A DNA stretch of 64,000 bases from Bigelowiella natans CCMP2755 (taxonomy: Eukaryota; Protista; Cercozoa). Location: positions 124,001 to 188,000 of the forward strand of contig ADNK01000149.1 of the NCBI GenBank assembly GCA_000320545.1. The letters run 5' to 3'. Both the position numbers and the translations under genes were made by a program. The notes beneath the pieces are model-generated. The model made no database searches. It was not told the origin of the DNA and worked only from the letters and a program-made list of their open reading frames with translations. Numbering within the stretch: the stretch's first letter is position 1; each line of letters begins with the position of its first letter. Of this stretch, positions 17,501 through 32,498 are shown one piece after another.

Positions 17501-20500
17501 CGGAGTTGGGGGGCCGGGAGGATAAGCACCTCAGGATAACTCGTAACATGGCCCTCTCAAAGCTCTTGTACGTGATGAACAGCATCTCAATGTGTTGCTG
17601 TCTCTGTACCTTCTTCTCTGGCACCATCGTTCCCTGATCTAGACGCTCCATTAAACGCCTCCGCGCATGAAACGCCTGGCGGAGCAGCGGCAGAACCTCG
17701 ATCAGCTGATCGTTGTTGGTTTCGCTAATTCTGGCCTGCATCCCACAATGTGCCATCTTCCGCAGCAGTAAGAGAGAGCTCCTCAAGCAACCAAAAGCAT
17801 GGATAGCAAAGCCTAATTTTGTTTGCGAAGATGACCGGATTCCTGCAAAGATTTCGTAGGATTGGTGGAGAATGCTGGGGTGATGATATGCTGCAGATCT
17901 CATTCTCCTTGCGACACTATCCTTCTGTTTCCACTCTGACCGCCCTGTACCATCCGAGACCGGTGGGTGTCTTTCTTCTTCAATCCCTTTGCACAGCTCG
18001 GCCTCCAGCCACATCTTCAAAGCTCGACTACGATTTGAGAGGTTTGAGAAGAATCTTTGGCTTGATATATGAGGAGGAGAACGCGTATCCACGTGAACCA
18101 CTGAAGGTGGCAAGGCCTTCCCGTCTCGGTTTCTTTTGTGCGTCGCGCGCGGTGAGAAACTGATTGCCGTTTTCCTATCAGCATTATTATCGTCTTCTCC
18201 TTTTTCTTCATCTCGATCTTCATGCTCCTTTGCTTGCTGAAGCACCACCTGTAAGAGGTCCCGGTCATGCTCCCAGTAGTCAAGACTGAGATCTAGAGAA
18301 CTCAGTAGCGACGATGTTCTCAGGTCAAGTCTCAGCTTACTAGCATTCATCACATCGATTCCAACGCCACATCGACCAAAGAGCACTTGCAGGACTCTCA
18401 TTCCAGCCTTCATTGCACCCCGAACGAACTGTACACCAGCATCAGGCGCCGTCTCTGCTTTGTTAGGACGTGGAAGATTACTGTCGTCATCATCACCAGC
18501 ATTTTTAGTCGTAGACTTTGCCTCCTCATGAAAAAGACCCGCATAAAGTTCCATCAGGCACACCTCGCGCACACCCGCGTCCAATTTGGTCGCCTTTGCC
18601 AAGAACAGCATCAGAGCATTCAGCATCAGTTTGGAGAGCCGAAAATGGCTCCTGTTGTAGCTGACACCGCTTCTACTATTACTGATATGCGGCTTATTAG
18701 TCGTCTCAGCCGTCATCGCCTTGAGCCCTTCCTTCCTCTCCTTACGCAGGAACGTCAGGGATATCTCATCAGTCGGTATGGCCAATGATGCTCGATCATG
18801 TAAAATGAGGGATGCTTCTCTTCCTCCTCCTCCTCCTCCCCCCTTCTGTTCTCTCCTCCATGGCGCGAAAAGACAGTAGGATAGATACTCGACCAACGCG
18901 AGGCTTTCAACGACGTGCGCTTCTCCGCGATGATAAGTAGCAACGCAGGAAAGATGGCAACGATGCGCTGGGAGCACACCGGGAAAGGCACCCACGATCG
19001 ACACAAAAGACGATGTGAGAGATATTATGGAGTCCATCCTCTTCTTCATCTCATCCCTATCTTCCCCCTCCAAATGCTTGTTGTTTCCACTGCCGTTCGG
19101 TTGCAGCAAGTGCTGTGCTTGCACGAAGCTCTGTGTGCGTGGGACCTCGTCCACCTCGATGAAAGCTTGCTCATAGCAAGTTCTAATTACCCTCAGCTTG
19201 AAGCCCTGGCGACTCCTCAACGTGCTTCCGTTGGCTAGCATCGTGGAGCATAGCTTTGCCCAGAAAATAAGGCTCCTGACCGTTAAGTCTTGGGTTGTGA
19301 CGTGGCGATAGTTGACGAGAGAGAGATACACTTGCGCCATAAATTCAGCAGCCCGGGGCTCCCCGACTCCATTCAGGGATGCGATGGATATCAGATCCAG
19401 CTTCGATACGCATCCAGAAAGTCCATTGAAGATCATCGATGCTTCAGGATGGATCAATGCTGGCGATGACGACATTTCTACAGAGGGGGGGGTGTCGGCA
19501 TCAGCCGTCGTCATTGCCGTCGCTGCACTGCTATTTTTCGTTTTCGAGAGGGGGGGCGCAAGGTTTTTGCACAGCGAAATCTCGACGCATCGGTTACGCA
19601 TCGCCCTGAACATAAAAAAACAAATCAGTCCACAGGAGAATAGGGTATTGGGGAGGTGATACAAAGGGTGCATTAAAATCCAAAGTTATTTTCCCCCGCT
19701 TGATTGTATAAGTGTCAGATAATGAGAGGTTTCCTTCCTCCAAACTTCCCCTCTTCTTCCTCGTCCTCCCCTCCCATTTACTAGACACCTTGAAACTTCT
19801 CCGAAGCTCGGATTCATCGTCAGGAAAAGGCGGAAGCCGGGGTGGGGTGTGACCACGCGCGGCTTCCCGTTAACAAGCCCGCACTCGTTCACGAGGAGCT
19901 CTCCTCCTGGCTCCAGGAGAGGGTTGAGTCTATCGAGCACCGTCGGTTGGCAGAGATTCGAGTTCTCTATTACAACCCATTCTCCTCGCTGCATGGCCTG
20001 AACCAACACGCCATCGATCCACTCGAAGCTCCCCAGGCTCTTCTTCCCGTCGCTGGCCAGATGAGCGAGACCCTGCACACGATTCATCAAGACAACTCCG
20101 GTTCTGCTGGCCTCCTTCTGCTCTGCGGTGTCGTTGCTACCTCTCGCCGTGGCATTCGTCGCCGATTTGATCACATCCTGAAGCCTCTTCATAATTGACT
20201 CCGTCATTCCGATCAAGCTGCTTGTAAAATCGTCATCACCACCATCGCTGCCGCCATTTTTTGAGACAGCAGTAGCGCTGCCTCCGCCGTGTCCTCCACG
20301 AGCTTTCTTATCAGGCTGGTCGTCGTTGTCGCGCTTCCTCTTCCGGTGTTGATTTGGGCTTTCGTCTTTGTCGTTTTCATCTTTTCTCCCCTCCTTGCTG
20401 TTCGCACGGATGCATGCATTGTGGGCGGAGAACCATAGTTTAAGCATCGCCTGCGCTTGGGCAATAGCACCGTCTACTGCTGGCCCTGCAGCTGTACGAA

Positions 20501-23500
20501 GCAGGTTCGCACATTGAGAGTACACGTAAGCTTTGATGTCAGCGAGCAACTCTACCTTCTTCCTCTCTAAATCGAGCTGCTCGAAACATCCTTAAATACG
20601 AAACAACAAGTATCAAGCACGAATCTAGTGATCAAGGGATCATTCATCTATGAATGTTTTCGGGGCAGTATCCCCACGACAATCTTCCAACGATGCTGGG
20701 AAGCACCGACGATTATGGTTCAGCTGTGAGGAATAGGCTCTCTCGCAGGAGCCGGAGAATCGTCGGTGTTTCCACCACATCTTGGAAGGAACGCTGTGTG
20801 CACGTGACAAACAGTTGATGATGATTGTTAATATGATTCTACTACTCACCCAGTAACTCGGTGCTGTCGGTAGCAGTCGTTGCGATAATCTTGTGCAGCT
20901 TGTTGTTCGTTTGCTGCGCAACAAACTCAATAATGGACGTCTTCCCGCTCGCCCCCGGTCCAATGAGTAGGATCGGCCATGACATAGAGACGCATAGCAT
21001 CACGTGCTCGGTTGCCGCCAATGTGCTTCGAAGCGGGAAGAGAGGAGCGCCCGCTTCCTTGTCAATGCCATCGCTATTCTCAGCCGGCTGGCAAGCAAGA
21101 AAACTCTTCCCGGCCTGGATGTAGGCACTGCCGGTATCGACGCCCTTGACGCGAAACCGGGTGCGTCTTCCCCGGCCTGATGGTAACGTTGATGGTGAAA
21201 GAATAGTGAAGAAGTAGATATAGTAAGAAAGAGAGGGCATTCTATAATCTCGTATTATATTTATCTATATCCTTATGTTGGGAATCGATCCTTGAAAATT
21301 CTGTTCGACGATAAGTGTAAACGCGTGTGTATGCGTACCATAAGCAGGCCGGGGAGATCCCCCAAAGCTCGCCCACAGCTCCCACACTTTGACACGATCG
21401 CGCAGATTTCGCATCCTTTGCGCGTACAAGATCTCAACAAACTCGCTGGGATCTACCATGCACGAAGATGAAGGAGAAGACGGGGAAGACGACGATGATG
21501 CCTCCTGCTGCCGCAGGACGTTCACAGCTTTACGAGATGAATTCTTCATCAACTCGCACCAGCGGAACACATCTCTCAGGTTAAACTCCCACGGACCCCC
21601 CCCCGACGTCCCGAGAGAGCGATTGTCGACGCTCTCTTGGATCTTGCTGTTGAATGCGATCATGGCTGCTAGCATCTCAGCCGGAATATTTGGGAAGCAG
21701 CGTGATGAAATGAAGAGCAGATCCTCCTTGCTTAGAGCTTTGAGGTACACCTTTGTGAATCTGGAGAGGAAAGAGCGAGGAAGTGCCCGTCTCCTACGAA
21801 AACAAGAATTACATCAACCAACAACAACGACATTACTATTACTACTGCTATTACTACTGCTACTAACTAACACTACTAGTACTACTACTACTACTACGGG
21901 TACTACAATTACCACTACGAATAGTAATAGAAAAAAAACAAACGAGATCTAAAGCAGCACACGATTCACACACATACATTCCCACTCCCCCTCCCTCTGA
22001 CACACACACGCACACACACACACACACACACATATGTTCATAAAGAGAGATACTCACCCTCCGCCCTGTCTCGTCGGGTTCTGGCACGCAAAGACCTTGA
22101 AGCCGGGAGGGCAGGCGAAGGTCTGGTCGAGTTCGGGGATGTACACCGTTCCTCTATGATCTAGCACTGAGTTCAGCCCCTCCAATACCGATTGCGAGGC
22201 GAGATTCAATTCATCGAGCAGCACCCAGGCCCCATGCTTGAGCGCAGAGAGAAACACGCCGTCGCACCACTGGAACTCGCCTGCCTTTCCACCTGGCTTT
22301 GGAAGATCCGTGCCCAGAAGGTCCATCATGTCGGTCTGCTCGGAGAGATTTATGCGCACAAGCTTGTGGCCGGCAGCCTTAGCCAGGGCTGTGATAAGCG
22401 TGGTCTTGCCGACGCCAGGGCTTCCTTCGAGGAGAACAGCTTTCCGGAGCTGCATCGCACGGAGCACTCGTTTGAGGTTCTCTAGAGTTGTTGGCGCGTC
22501 CAGGCGAAAGAGGGCTTTTCCTGAGTCTTCCGAACCCTTTTTTATGAAGAAAGGCTCGATTCCAAAGCTGTTGCTTGACTTGCCGTCGCTGTTAGATCCT
22601 CCGACTCCAGTCTCCTGCTTCTTTTTCTTTTGATGAGCAGCAGGTGCGCCGTCTTCGGCATCTTCATGTGTCTCCCGCCCCACAGATGATGGTGCTGGCT
22701 GCTCTTTCACAGAGGCCGCAAGTCTTGCCAGCTCTTTCTCGCATTCTGCCTTAAAAGCCTCCGCAGCTCGGAGGGAGTGGTTCGTGCCGATGCCCAGCCC
22801 ATCGAGAAACACCAGGTGCGCCCCATGAATAAATGCGCTCCTTGCATCGAGGGAGGACATCGCGGAGGAGGGGGAGGAGGACTCCTCCTCGCCAGGTGCG
22901 ATAATAGTGCAGTTGAGGAAGTCTACCCACGATAGCACATCTCTAAGCGACGCTCCCCCCACCGCCTTCGTATAAGAGGCCTTGTTGTAGAACTCAACAA
23001 AGTCGAGCATTGCTGGGGCATACGCCTGACCATTCTGCCCAGCTGTGCACCTCTCAGTAACGATACGGACAAGATCATTCCGGTCGGTAAGGGGTGGGAT
23101 CCAAAGCTCGGTGAAGCGATTCCGTAGCGCCGGAGATAACTCCTTTTTCCCAAAGTCCCCGCCAGGGTTCATCGTCGCAAGTACTCGGAAGGATTGCTCG
23201 GCAGTGAGCGATTCCACCTTCTGGCCTCCTTTCTCAGCGAGCAAGAGCGTCCGCGAAGGCTCCAGAACCGAGTTAAGGCGCTCCAGAACCGCATCCTCCG
23301 CAAGGGAGATCTCGTCGATAAGGAGCAGATCACCCTCCCTCATCGCGCTAACCAATGCGCCGTCTTTCCATAGGAATAGCGACCGGTGCTGCCGCCACAG
23401 TAGACCTATTTTTGCACGTGCTTCCTTGACCTGAGTATATGCCTTCTCACGCCGCCTTTGTTTAGCGGTATCACCTTCGTCCCCATTCGCCTCACCCCCT

Positions 23501-26500
23501 CGAAGCACCTTCATCAGCTGAGCGGAGGCTTTTCCGAGCCAAATCACCATCATTCCCAGTTGTCGTTCGGTAGCGATCGCGCCACCATCATCTCTGCTAC
23601 TCTTGACCAATTTGAGGAAGGCGGCCACATGGTCGCTCCCAACCGCACTCGTCCCTGGCATGCTCACTACGATGTGCTCCCAGTTTTTCGAGTAGCAGGA
23701 TGCAAACGCCATTAGCTCGTCGGTGAGGGCCGTGCGGGTCTTGTGCTTGTTACGCACGGGGCGCAACCCCCCCAGGAAATCGCTGGATTCCGTGTGTTGG
23801 TGGCAGTTAACAATCCGTAGATCTTGGCCAAGGAGAGAAGCGAGATATTGACACACTGTAGTCTTACCACAGCCAGTAGGCCCCACGAGCAGCACGGGTT
23901 CGCTATACCTGAGACATTGCTCTACCAGGATAAACATTCTCCTTACAGAGGGTGTCCATGTAATAGTGGTACTCCCGCCCTTCTCCTCGCCGTCGTCGTC
24001 GCACTCCATTTCCGTTCGTGTCGTTTGTTGGCCGACCTGTCCTTGACTCTTGGTCGCTGTGCCCCTTTTCGCCCATTCGTCGCATATCGCTTTCACTCTT
24101 TCTGGGCTGTACATCCGCTCGGGGTCGATGCGAATGCTCCTCTGTTTCTTCCGGCAGTGTGATTCTATGAGGAGCCGCACGATCTCCCTCGCCTCGTCGG
24201 TCCGATGTCGCTCTCCGAGGAGCATAAAGCCCACATCCGCCAGTTCCTGGTAGCTCGTTGCTCCCCGATTTCCCCAGCGGAACAAGTCCCTCGGGGTAAT
24301 CATGGAGTGCTTTCCTGCAAACACGTCATGCCCCTTCCCCTGCCGACGCTTCTGTAGGTCACACATCACGTCAATCATCACCTTGGCGTGAGAGGGAGGA
24401 ACGGCACAGCGAAGCTCCAAGATTTTGGCCAGTTCTCTCTCAGGAATATCGTGGACGTGAATCTCAACAAATCGACTCTTGAACGCGCGCGACAGGGTTT
24501 TCCGCCCCCCGTACACTCCAGGCGGATTCTGCGTTGCAAAGACGAGGAAACTAGGGTGGGGACGGATCACCTCTCCGGTTTCTGGAACAAGGAGCTCCCG
24601 ATTGTCATCAAGAAGCCGATTCAAGGCCTCCAAGACCTCAGAGGGGGCCAGATTCAGCTCGTCGAGCACAACCCAATGTCCGTTCCGAACAGCTTTCACA
24701 AGTGCGCCTTCCTGGAACGTCAGTCTACCCTGTGAATCCGAAACGTAGCCCCCCATATAATCCTGCAGATCAGTATGGTCGTGGTTGTTGATCCGAACGA
24801 AGCTGTTTCCTGTGGCCTTTGCCAAGTACTCTATGAGCGAGGTTTTACCAGCAGATGTTGGCCCTTGTAAGAGCACGTTGTACCGTCCTGCCATGATGGC
24901 ACGAGCAACCTCCCTGAGCCGCAGTCTCACGGTAGGGGTGATCACATACTTCTTGTCTACAATGCATGCGTTCGTTCCTCTGCGAATGAGGTAGCCGCCG
25001 TCGACCTTAATGTACTTCTCGTTGTCTTCGTCGACTTCAATGCTATTTGTAGTGCCGGCGGCTCTCTTCTTTGCGGCCGCTGCTGTGGTGCCTTTTTTCC
25101 CTCCGAACTGGGCTTCGATGATCTTCACCAACGGCTGACGGCTTTTCTGGTCGAGGGGGGTGAGAAAGGCCAGCTCCAGTCCTTCCTTGAGTGCGCGATG
25201 GAACCCAAAGTGTCGAGCGGTAAGCACTGTGAATCCCAGGGCCCTGCAAAGTGTTCTAAGCGAGTAGTTCGGCCGGTTTCCGCTTCCATCGAGCAAGCGC
25301 CCCTCTCTCACCATCGACAGCGCGCTGAGATATATGTGCACCACCTGACGCACAGGCGGGGTGGCAGTGATGGAACCTAGTCGATCCCGAACCACGACCT
25401 CCAGATCGGCCTTGTCCGTGATATCTGAGACGTAGAGCTCGGTGAAGCGAGAGCGGATGGAGTGGGGGAGATCCCTCTTTCCAAAGTCAGTGGCGGGGTT
25501 CATAGCCGCGAACACCCGGAATTCGGGGTGCGCTCGAATGGCTCTTGCGTCACCACGCTCCACGAGCGCCAGCGACGCGTTCCTCCCATCGAGCAGAGCA
25601 GTAAGGCGATCAAGGGTCTCGGGGGAGGCGAGATTGACCTCGTCCAGCAGCAGCCAAGCTCCTTCTTTCAGTGCTTTCACGACGGAGCCCTCGGCAAACC
25701 AAAACGCAAAGCCGGATCCTGCGTGGTGAACCTGTCGAGTGAACCTCTTGAGGCTACTCTGAAACACGCCCCACTCCTGCTGGAGCCTACGGACAGCACT
25801 ACGACGCTTGGTTGATGATGATGTTGAAGAAGGCCCGGGTGAGCCTTGTTTGGCGTCTTTGCCGCCTTCGCCGATACTGTGAATTTGTTGAACCAGCCTA
25901 TTTTGTGCTGCGCTTGCCCCTTGCTTGAGCAGGCGTGCGAGTAAGCGCCACTTCTTGTCGTCAAAGGCGGCTTTTACTCGTGCAATAAACTTATGGTTCT
26001 TCTTTTTCGATAACGTTCGCGGAAATAGGTTCCCGAAGGTGTTCATGACAGGAATTGCAGCTGCGCGCAACTCCACGGGCCGAAACCCGCCGAGTAAATC
26101 AGCAGCGTCAGTTTGATTGTTGAGGTTCTGAACCTGTTGGTGGTGATAGCAATTGATATAATCAATAGGAATATATATTTTGATATTCTTAAAAATAGAA
26201 GGAGAATCTGCCGAAAGAATTTAACATCATCACAGATATCATGTGAAAAGTGGTGTGATTCATCATATTTACTACTACTACTACCATCAGATTCCTTCCG
26301 GCAAGATTTGCCAGATGCTGTATGATTGCTGTCTTCCCATTCCCGGTTTCCCCCACCTGACAAGACATATCCACGTATGATTTCATGATAAGAACAGCAC
26401 ATCAGATGCTAGTGCATATCAACTACGCTACATCGACGAAATACGTTACCAGTAGAACCGGCTCATTCATCAAGATGGAGCGCGTAAGGGCCTCCATGAG

Positions 26501-27908
26501 CTTACTCGAGTGCCTCGTAATCGAGAATTTCCCCCCCCTCGCCTGCGAGCGTCTTAGGCTCGCTTCGCTTGTTGACCGTTCCCTGTGAATACTGGCACGA
26601 CCAACCAGAACAGCCGCCCCAGTAATATCGCTGGCAATGGCCCTTTGGTGGAGCAGATACTCTACACGGCCAGGTGATATCCCCCAAACCTGACCGATTT
26701 GGCTGGCATATGAAGCAACCACCTCGTCCACGGAAATCTGCCCGATCGCCCCGCTGCTCAACAACCCCCGCTTGTCTCTCGGGATTGACCCCAGAAAGAT
26801 GTCGACGGCGTCCAGCACGATGTGCTCGCGAAGAGGGTGGGGAAATTCATTGGGGGGGAGAGTGAAGGAAGAGGTAAAGCCCTTGCTATTGACCATGCCG
26901 CTCTGGATACCTTTCCGCTTCTTCTTTTTCTTCTTCGTTATATTATTGTTGTCCGTGCAGCTTCCTTGGTTGCTGTGCCTACTCCTCGCACTAGCATAGA
27001 GAGGAGACGTGGCCAGCAGTTGCTGGATGCGCCTGATCAAGCTGAACACATGCCGTGTGGTTGGTGCTTGTGCCCCCGTTGGAAATCGAGGAGGAGGAGG
27101 TGATGGAAGTGACGATGTAACGGCTGACTTGCTATCACCACCACCATCACCACTTCTGCTACTACTAACACTACCATCGATGGCTGGATTGTCACTAATC
27201 CCCTCCCCACCATCTTCGTGTTGCTCCTCCTGTGCCGTCGAGCTACTGCTACTGCTGGTGCTGCGGGTGGTTGTTGTCGAGACAAACAACCTGTGTGTCC
27301 TTAGAATCGAGCCAGAGATGGGCGATAGGAGCGGATGCTTCGCGGACAGGATTTTATCCAAATCTGCGTCATCGAACTGCGGGAGGCGCACGCGTGTTAC
27401 TAGCGAGGTGAGGGTCTCCGCCACGAGGGGGGGGAGGGGTTGCGAAGCATGCGAAATGGTTCTCGTGAAGAAAATGCGGAATTCTGCGGCAGCCTGGATG
27501 CTTTGCGACCTCCCTGCAATGTGGAGGTAACGATGCGACATCGAGAGCAGAGGCGTGAGGGCATTGAGCACCTCGACTGGAGCTCTATCCACGTCCTCAA
27601 ACACGAGCCACTTCCCCGTCAGGATAGCCTGCGTCAACACCCCGGGGCTCCACTTGAACTCACCGGCGATGTCGGTACATGTGTAGGTTCCGATCAGCGA
27701 ACGACTGTCAATCTGGTCGTCGAGGTGCAAGAATACTAGCCCCCCTGATGCTAGCAAGAAGTAGTAGTAGTAGTAGAAGGAGGAGAAGGAGGAGGAGGAG
27801 GAGAGGTAGTGGTATTATTCATTGGAAGACAAGAGGTTGAGGGGGGGTAACGAAACAAAGTAAAGATGAACGCAAGAACACGATTTCCAGAACATATGAA
27901 TAACCTCT

Positions 27909-27971
<63 letters not shown>

Positions 27972-29988
27972 AGTCTATTTATTTTCTAAAGCTTAAATAC
28001 CTTTTCCTTCTTTCAATCCGACGCGACGAGCGAATTCTCGTATTAAAGTTGTCTTCCCACACCCTGCGGGTCCTGTGACCAAATTAACACGGACAATTTC
28101 GTAGAGGCGTGTGAGTACGTGCGTGTGTGCCTACTTTTGATAGCTAGGAAATAACCTTCAAGCAGCACGGGTCTCTTTTCACCAATGGCACACGCCATAC
28201 TCTTTATCGCAGCTGTCATCGCGTCCGTCTCTAGGACAACGTCGTGTTTGGCATCGTCATCGTCGTCGTCATTTTCCATCTCTTCTTCGGCATGAAAATC
28301 GTTGTTATTTTTGGGAAAACCGCTGCCATCGTTGCTGCCAACACATTCGACCATGATGCCGTCCACGTTCAGGGCTACCTGAGTTTCGGATAGCAAGAGC
28401 TGCGGGGCCTTCCCAGACGCTGGGAGGCAAGAATCACTAGGCTCGGACCAAAATACCTTTTTAGAATTCATGATCTAAATGATGATATTGCCGGAGTGAG
28501 GTGGGTACTCATGCACCTATAAAGATCCTTCTTCATTTACGATATGGGAGGGAAGGAAGGGGGTTGGGAGGGGGGAATAAAACCTCTGTTCTCAGGGCGT
28601 CATAGACGCAGTCTCGTAAGCGCCTCTTCAGCCGGATTTGAGTGTTGACAGAAAATTCCGAGCTGAGGAGGTGATCATCCTTCTCATTCGAAGTTGAGGA
28701 CCGACAAGAGTAGTTACTCCCGCTAGCTGCTGTTGTCCTTTTCCGTTTTTGGGGCTGCTGCTGCTGCTGCTTCTGGACGGAAGAAGCTAGGTAGTTGTTG
28801 TTTATTGATGAGTTCTGCTCCATTCGTGGATCATCAGCCCCAGCTTGCTGGAGCGCAGTAAGAGGTAGATGTAGGAGGTTCGAAACCGAATGAATACCAT
28901 ATAAACGGGCCAACGGATGGGTGACTCGAGGGGATATGAGCGAGAGAATCGGCGACCTGTTGTACATACGCAACAGGTTGGTTCTGACTTCGAAGATGAG
29001 TTCAGATTGATATCAATTTACCAATTTTCAGGGAGAGAGATTCCCATATTGATTAAAAGCGAAACAACCTATCAATATAGCGGAAGTCAAGTGGTTTTAG
29101 GATTTTACGATGTTCCGTAGGTCGGGAAGTCGCACACATAGATTATTATGTGTTATCCGGCGCAGTCTCCGTGTGTATACGTGTTTGTTGACATCACATT
29201 TGAGCGGAGGTGATATAGATAGGGACAGGAGTAGAATAACCTTCGTCAGAATGATAAGCCTAATTTCTGATCCAATTGATGCCTCCTGCACTACTAAGCT
29301 TGGAATGCTGTCGAGTAGCCCTTGACCGAATCGAGACACCCACTGCTTCAAACCGCGTCTAGTGTACGAGGCATAGGCGGCCAGCTTCGCAAGGACGTAG
29401 CCGCTCTTTATAACATCTTCCGTGTGCTGAAGGCGAACATCAATGCTCGTTGTAAAAAACGATGATGCGGTTGCGGAAATAATAATTTATGAACGGATGA
29501 CAACCTTCAGCTTCCTTTCAGTAATTCTTTTGAATATGATCGGTATGTATGGACCCAGGAGCAACACAGTCAAGTCTTGGTATATTATACAAAACACAAG
29601 CTGTTAGATCCCACAAAATACACTGCAAAGCGGTGAGGGGTAAGGTGGCGAGGGCCTATCGACCTATGTATTCATCCCACGAGTCAAGGTCCTTCTCCTC
29701 CTTGCTCTGCAACAGGATACAATATTGGCTGCGCCCAAAGTAACACGGAGGACGTTATTTGGTACCTCAAAAAGGACTAGATGATCCGCAAGGGCGTACA
29801 ACTGTTGGGGTTGGGTAGTGGAGTTTCGCTTGACATCCACCAGCTGTTTTGTTTGACACAAATGCATGATGAGCCTGTGAAGGTACACATGTCCGGAATC
29901 AACCAAACTACATCACCTTCTTTGCTACTTGAGGGAAGCATCTCTCCAGAGATTGAAGCGAAGCTTGTAATAAGCGGTCGTTCTCCAT
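6843..29988 (-). CDS. MDN1: Midasin (Rea1/MDN1) AAA+ ATPase for 60S ribosome biogenesis, multi-exon with several 4-5 kb exons
   Basis: Six Walker A motifs (GPAGCGKT, GETGNGKT, GPTSAGKT, GPTGCGKT, GSPGVGKT, GPGASGKT), LLDEVNLA/LDELNLA Walker B motifs, long linker, D/E-rich region (GTGMGEG motif) and C-terminal MIDAS (GDYKAGKRINIKKVIPYIASQFRKDKIWMRRTKP; DDSES). Putative start MENDRLLQASLQSLERCFP at 29988; stop 6843. Confidence 0.97.
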
Positions 29989-30143
29989 TCCACCTAGAGG
30001 CCCCCTGGGCCGCTGGCTGGACCCGACGTCTTTCTTCTCGGGGAATTCAATCGACTCATATCTCCGATCCTGTTCTACAGGCCAATCTGGTCAATACTTA
30101 TACCCATAAATATCCAAATATATTTCACGAATATTACTAACAA

Positions 30144-32460
30144 ATGCTGGTACCTGCGTTGCGACCTGCGGGGAACAGCTTCGTTGGACAATAATATAAC
30201 CATGAAATTACTGTACACCATCGTCAGACGTAATTCCAGCTCTTCTACGTGGAATTCGACCCGATATTCTTCGATATCGTTTTCACCCATTCGTCAACGT
30301 ACTCGTAGAAATCCTGGAATTCGCATTGTGCGACATCAATATCTGTGTCGCAGGAGCAAAATCGAGGTGAAACGCTTGGCGAGGAAAGCGGAACTGTGTC
30401 CCGTAGCCCTCGGGAGAAGAATGTGCATCCCGGAGCAAACCCCAACAACGTAAAGGCCGCCACATCCGTCGCTGCCGGGAAAGTGAAAAAGCAGATTGCC
30501 ACCATCCTGACGAACACTCCTGTAAGAGCCAATCGAAAGCCGCATCGGTTTGGTTTGAAGGTTCTCGAGCACCGACGGAAAAACAATAAATATAAGTATA
30601 TGTGTGTATGAAAATATATATTTACACGTATGTGCATGTCCACTTTAATGTTTATCTGTATTATGTGTTGCACATCAAGAAATATGGGCTGGGCATCTAA
30701 AAAGTTTAATATTTACATCTTGCGACTTTTTCTGGTCGACTAATTTTGAATTCAGGTGCACACTCCTAAGGCTGGCAAGCCCGATATCTCATCGAATAGC
30801 AGAGTCGAGAAGCCTCGTCCGAAGGAGTGTCTGGGAGAATGGACATCTTTGGGAAAGCATCTTCAAAGGGGATGGACATATTTGGCAACAAACAGTCATC
30901 CGGAAACATAAACATCTACGGGAAAGTATCTTCAAAGAAAATGAACAGATTAGGCGACGGCAAAGATGACTCATCGTCGCATCAAAAGCTGCGAGGTGCC
31001 AACCTCTTAGGCCCCACTACTAAATCCACCCCTAGTAAAAAGTCATCATCGACTCGCGATCGAACCGCCAGCTCCCCAACAGAACCACCACGTGTGGTCA
31101 CCCCAACCCATCCAGTAACGCAAAGACAAGCGCAAACTGTTGGCCCTATGGTCAAGAGAAAGATGCCTGCTGTAGGAAGGAGCCCAAAACAAGCGGGGTC
31201 CTCATCCCCGAGATGGCAAGTATCACAGAATAGCATTAGTAGAAAAGGCAGTTCAAGAAATTTGTTTAAGGCTTCAAGGCTTACGAAAAGCAGACCTTCT
31301 ACTCCGAGATCAGCAGAGTAGACTCCTCTTAATCAAATATGAATCTTTTCAGATAATATGCGTGCGTGCGTGTGTGTAATTGCGTTCAAATTCTTGGTAG
31401 AAGACTTCGCACGTATTTGCTAATTGTCCACAAACATCTTTTAGGAAGGGAGTAAGCATCAAATCTAGGACGGAGGCGACAAAGAAGAAAAAGAGCAGAT
31501 TCACTTTTGAAGCTACAACTACGAACAATAAGGCAGGTTACTCCACGTTACGCAGCACCGGCAATAGCAGAAGAAAAGCAAAGGATAGTGATAGGACGGA
31601 AGTCCAAGCCACGAAGGCTACCTCTTCATCACGACGAGGCTCTCTCAGCAGAATTTCTAACAGCGGCCGCAATAGTAAGCAAAAAGTCCAAGGGCACAAC
31701 AAATCGGCAAGTAAAATGAAAGGAGACAGTAGCAATTCAATATCTCTCCAAACAAATCAAGTCGGAAATGGCCACAGCGAGGCCTTGATAGCCGCCCAGG
31801 AAGCTACTTCGGCTGCGAAAGAACGCGTCGCTGCTCTGGAGGCAGAAGTACGTTCCTTCACAGAGGAGAGGAAGCAGCAACAACAGGACTCCGCTGAGAA
31901 GAAGAAAAGGGAAGAGAAGGAAGAGGAAGTGAGGAACACTTTGATGCTCGAAAAAGAACGCACCATTTGCGCTCTTCAAAGACGATGCGACGAGCTGGCA
32001 GTTGAAGTACAGGCTCATAAGAGCAATCAGGACGCTATTGATCTGAAAGTTCGCCAGCTCGAGGGTAGATGATATAACATGGTAGTGTAGGTGGAGACAT
32101 ATGAAAAGCGACTGTGTCGTGACACATAATGGAATAGTAACGGGGTTTTCCCAGAGCTTACACTCTAAAATGCTCTAAAAATTTCCTCTTCCCGTTTTAT
32201 CAAAATAAAGGTGAGCGAAAGCAACTCCTTGAGACCTGTGCCGTGGAGCGCCGAAAGTCGGCTAAACTTATCAACCAGGTTGCTACAATGCAAGAAGAAC
32301 GAGCAAAGAGCAGCAGTGATTATGACCACCGAATAGAAGAGCTTGGAAAGCAGTTAGATCACGTAAAGGCACAGGTTTGCGTCCCTATATGTTCGTAATA
32401 TGTCATGTAAGGGAGGGGTGAGAGGGAAATGGAGTTTCTCTCTATTCTCTCTCTTCTCTC

Positions 32461-32498
<38 letters not shown>

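Noticed and set aside
7618-25964. Many + strand and off-frame ORFs overlapping midasin (e.g. 7764-8366, 8752-9522, 9086-9889), some very hydrophobic
   Set aside because: Antisense shadows of GAN-rich D/E coding sequence; no independent motifs.
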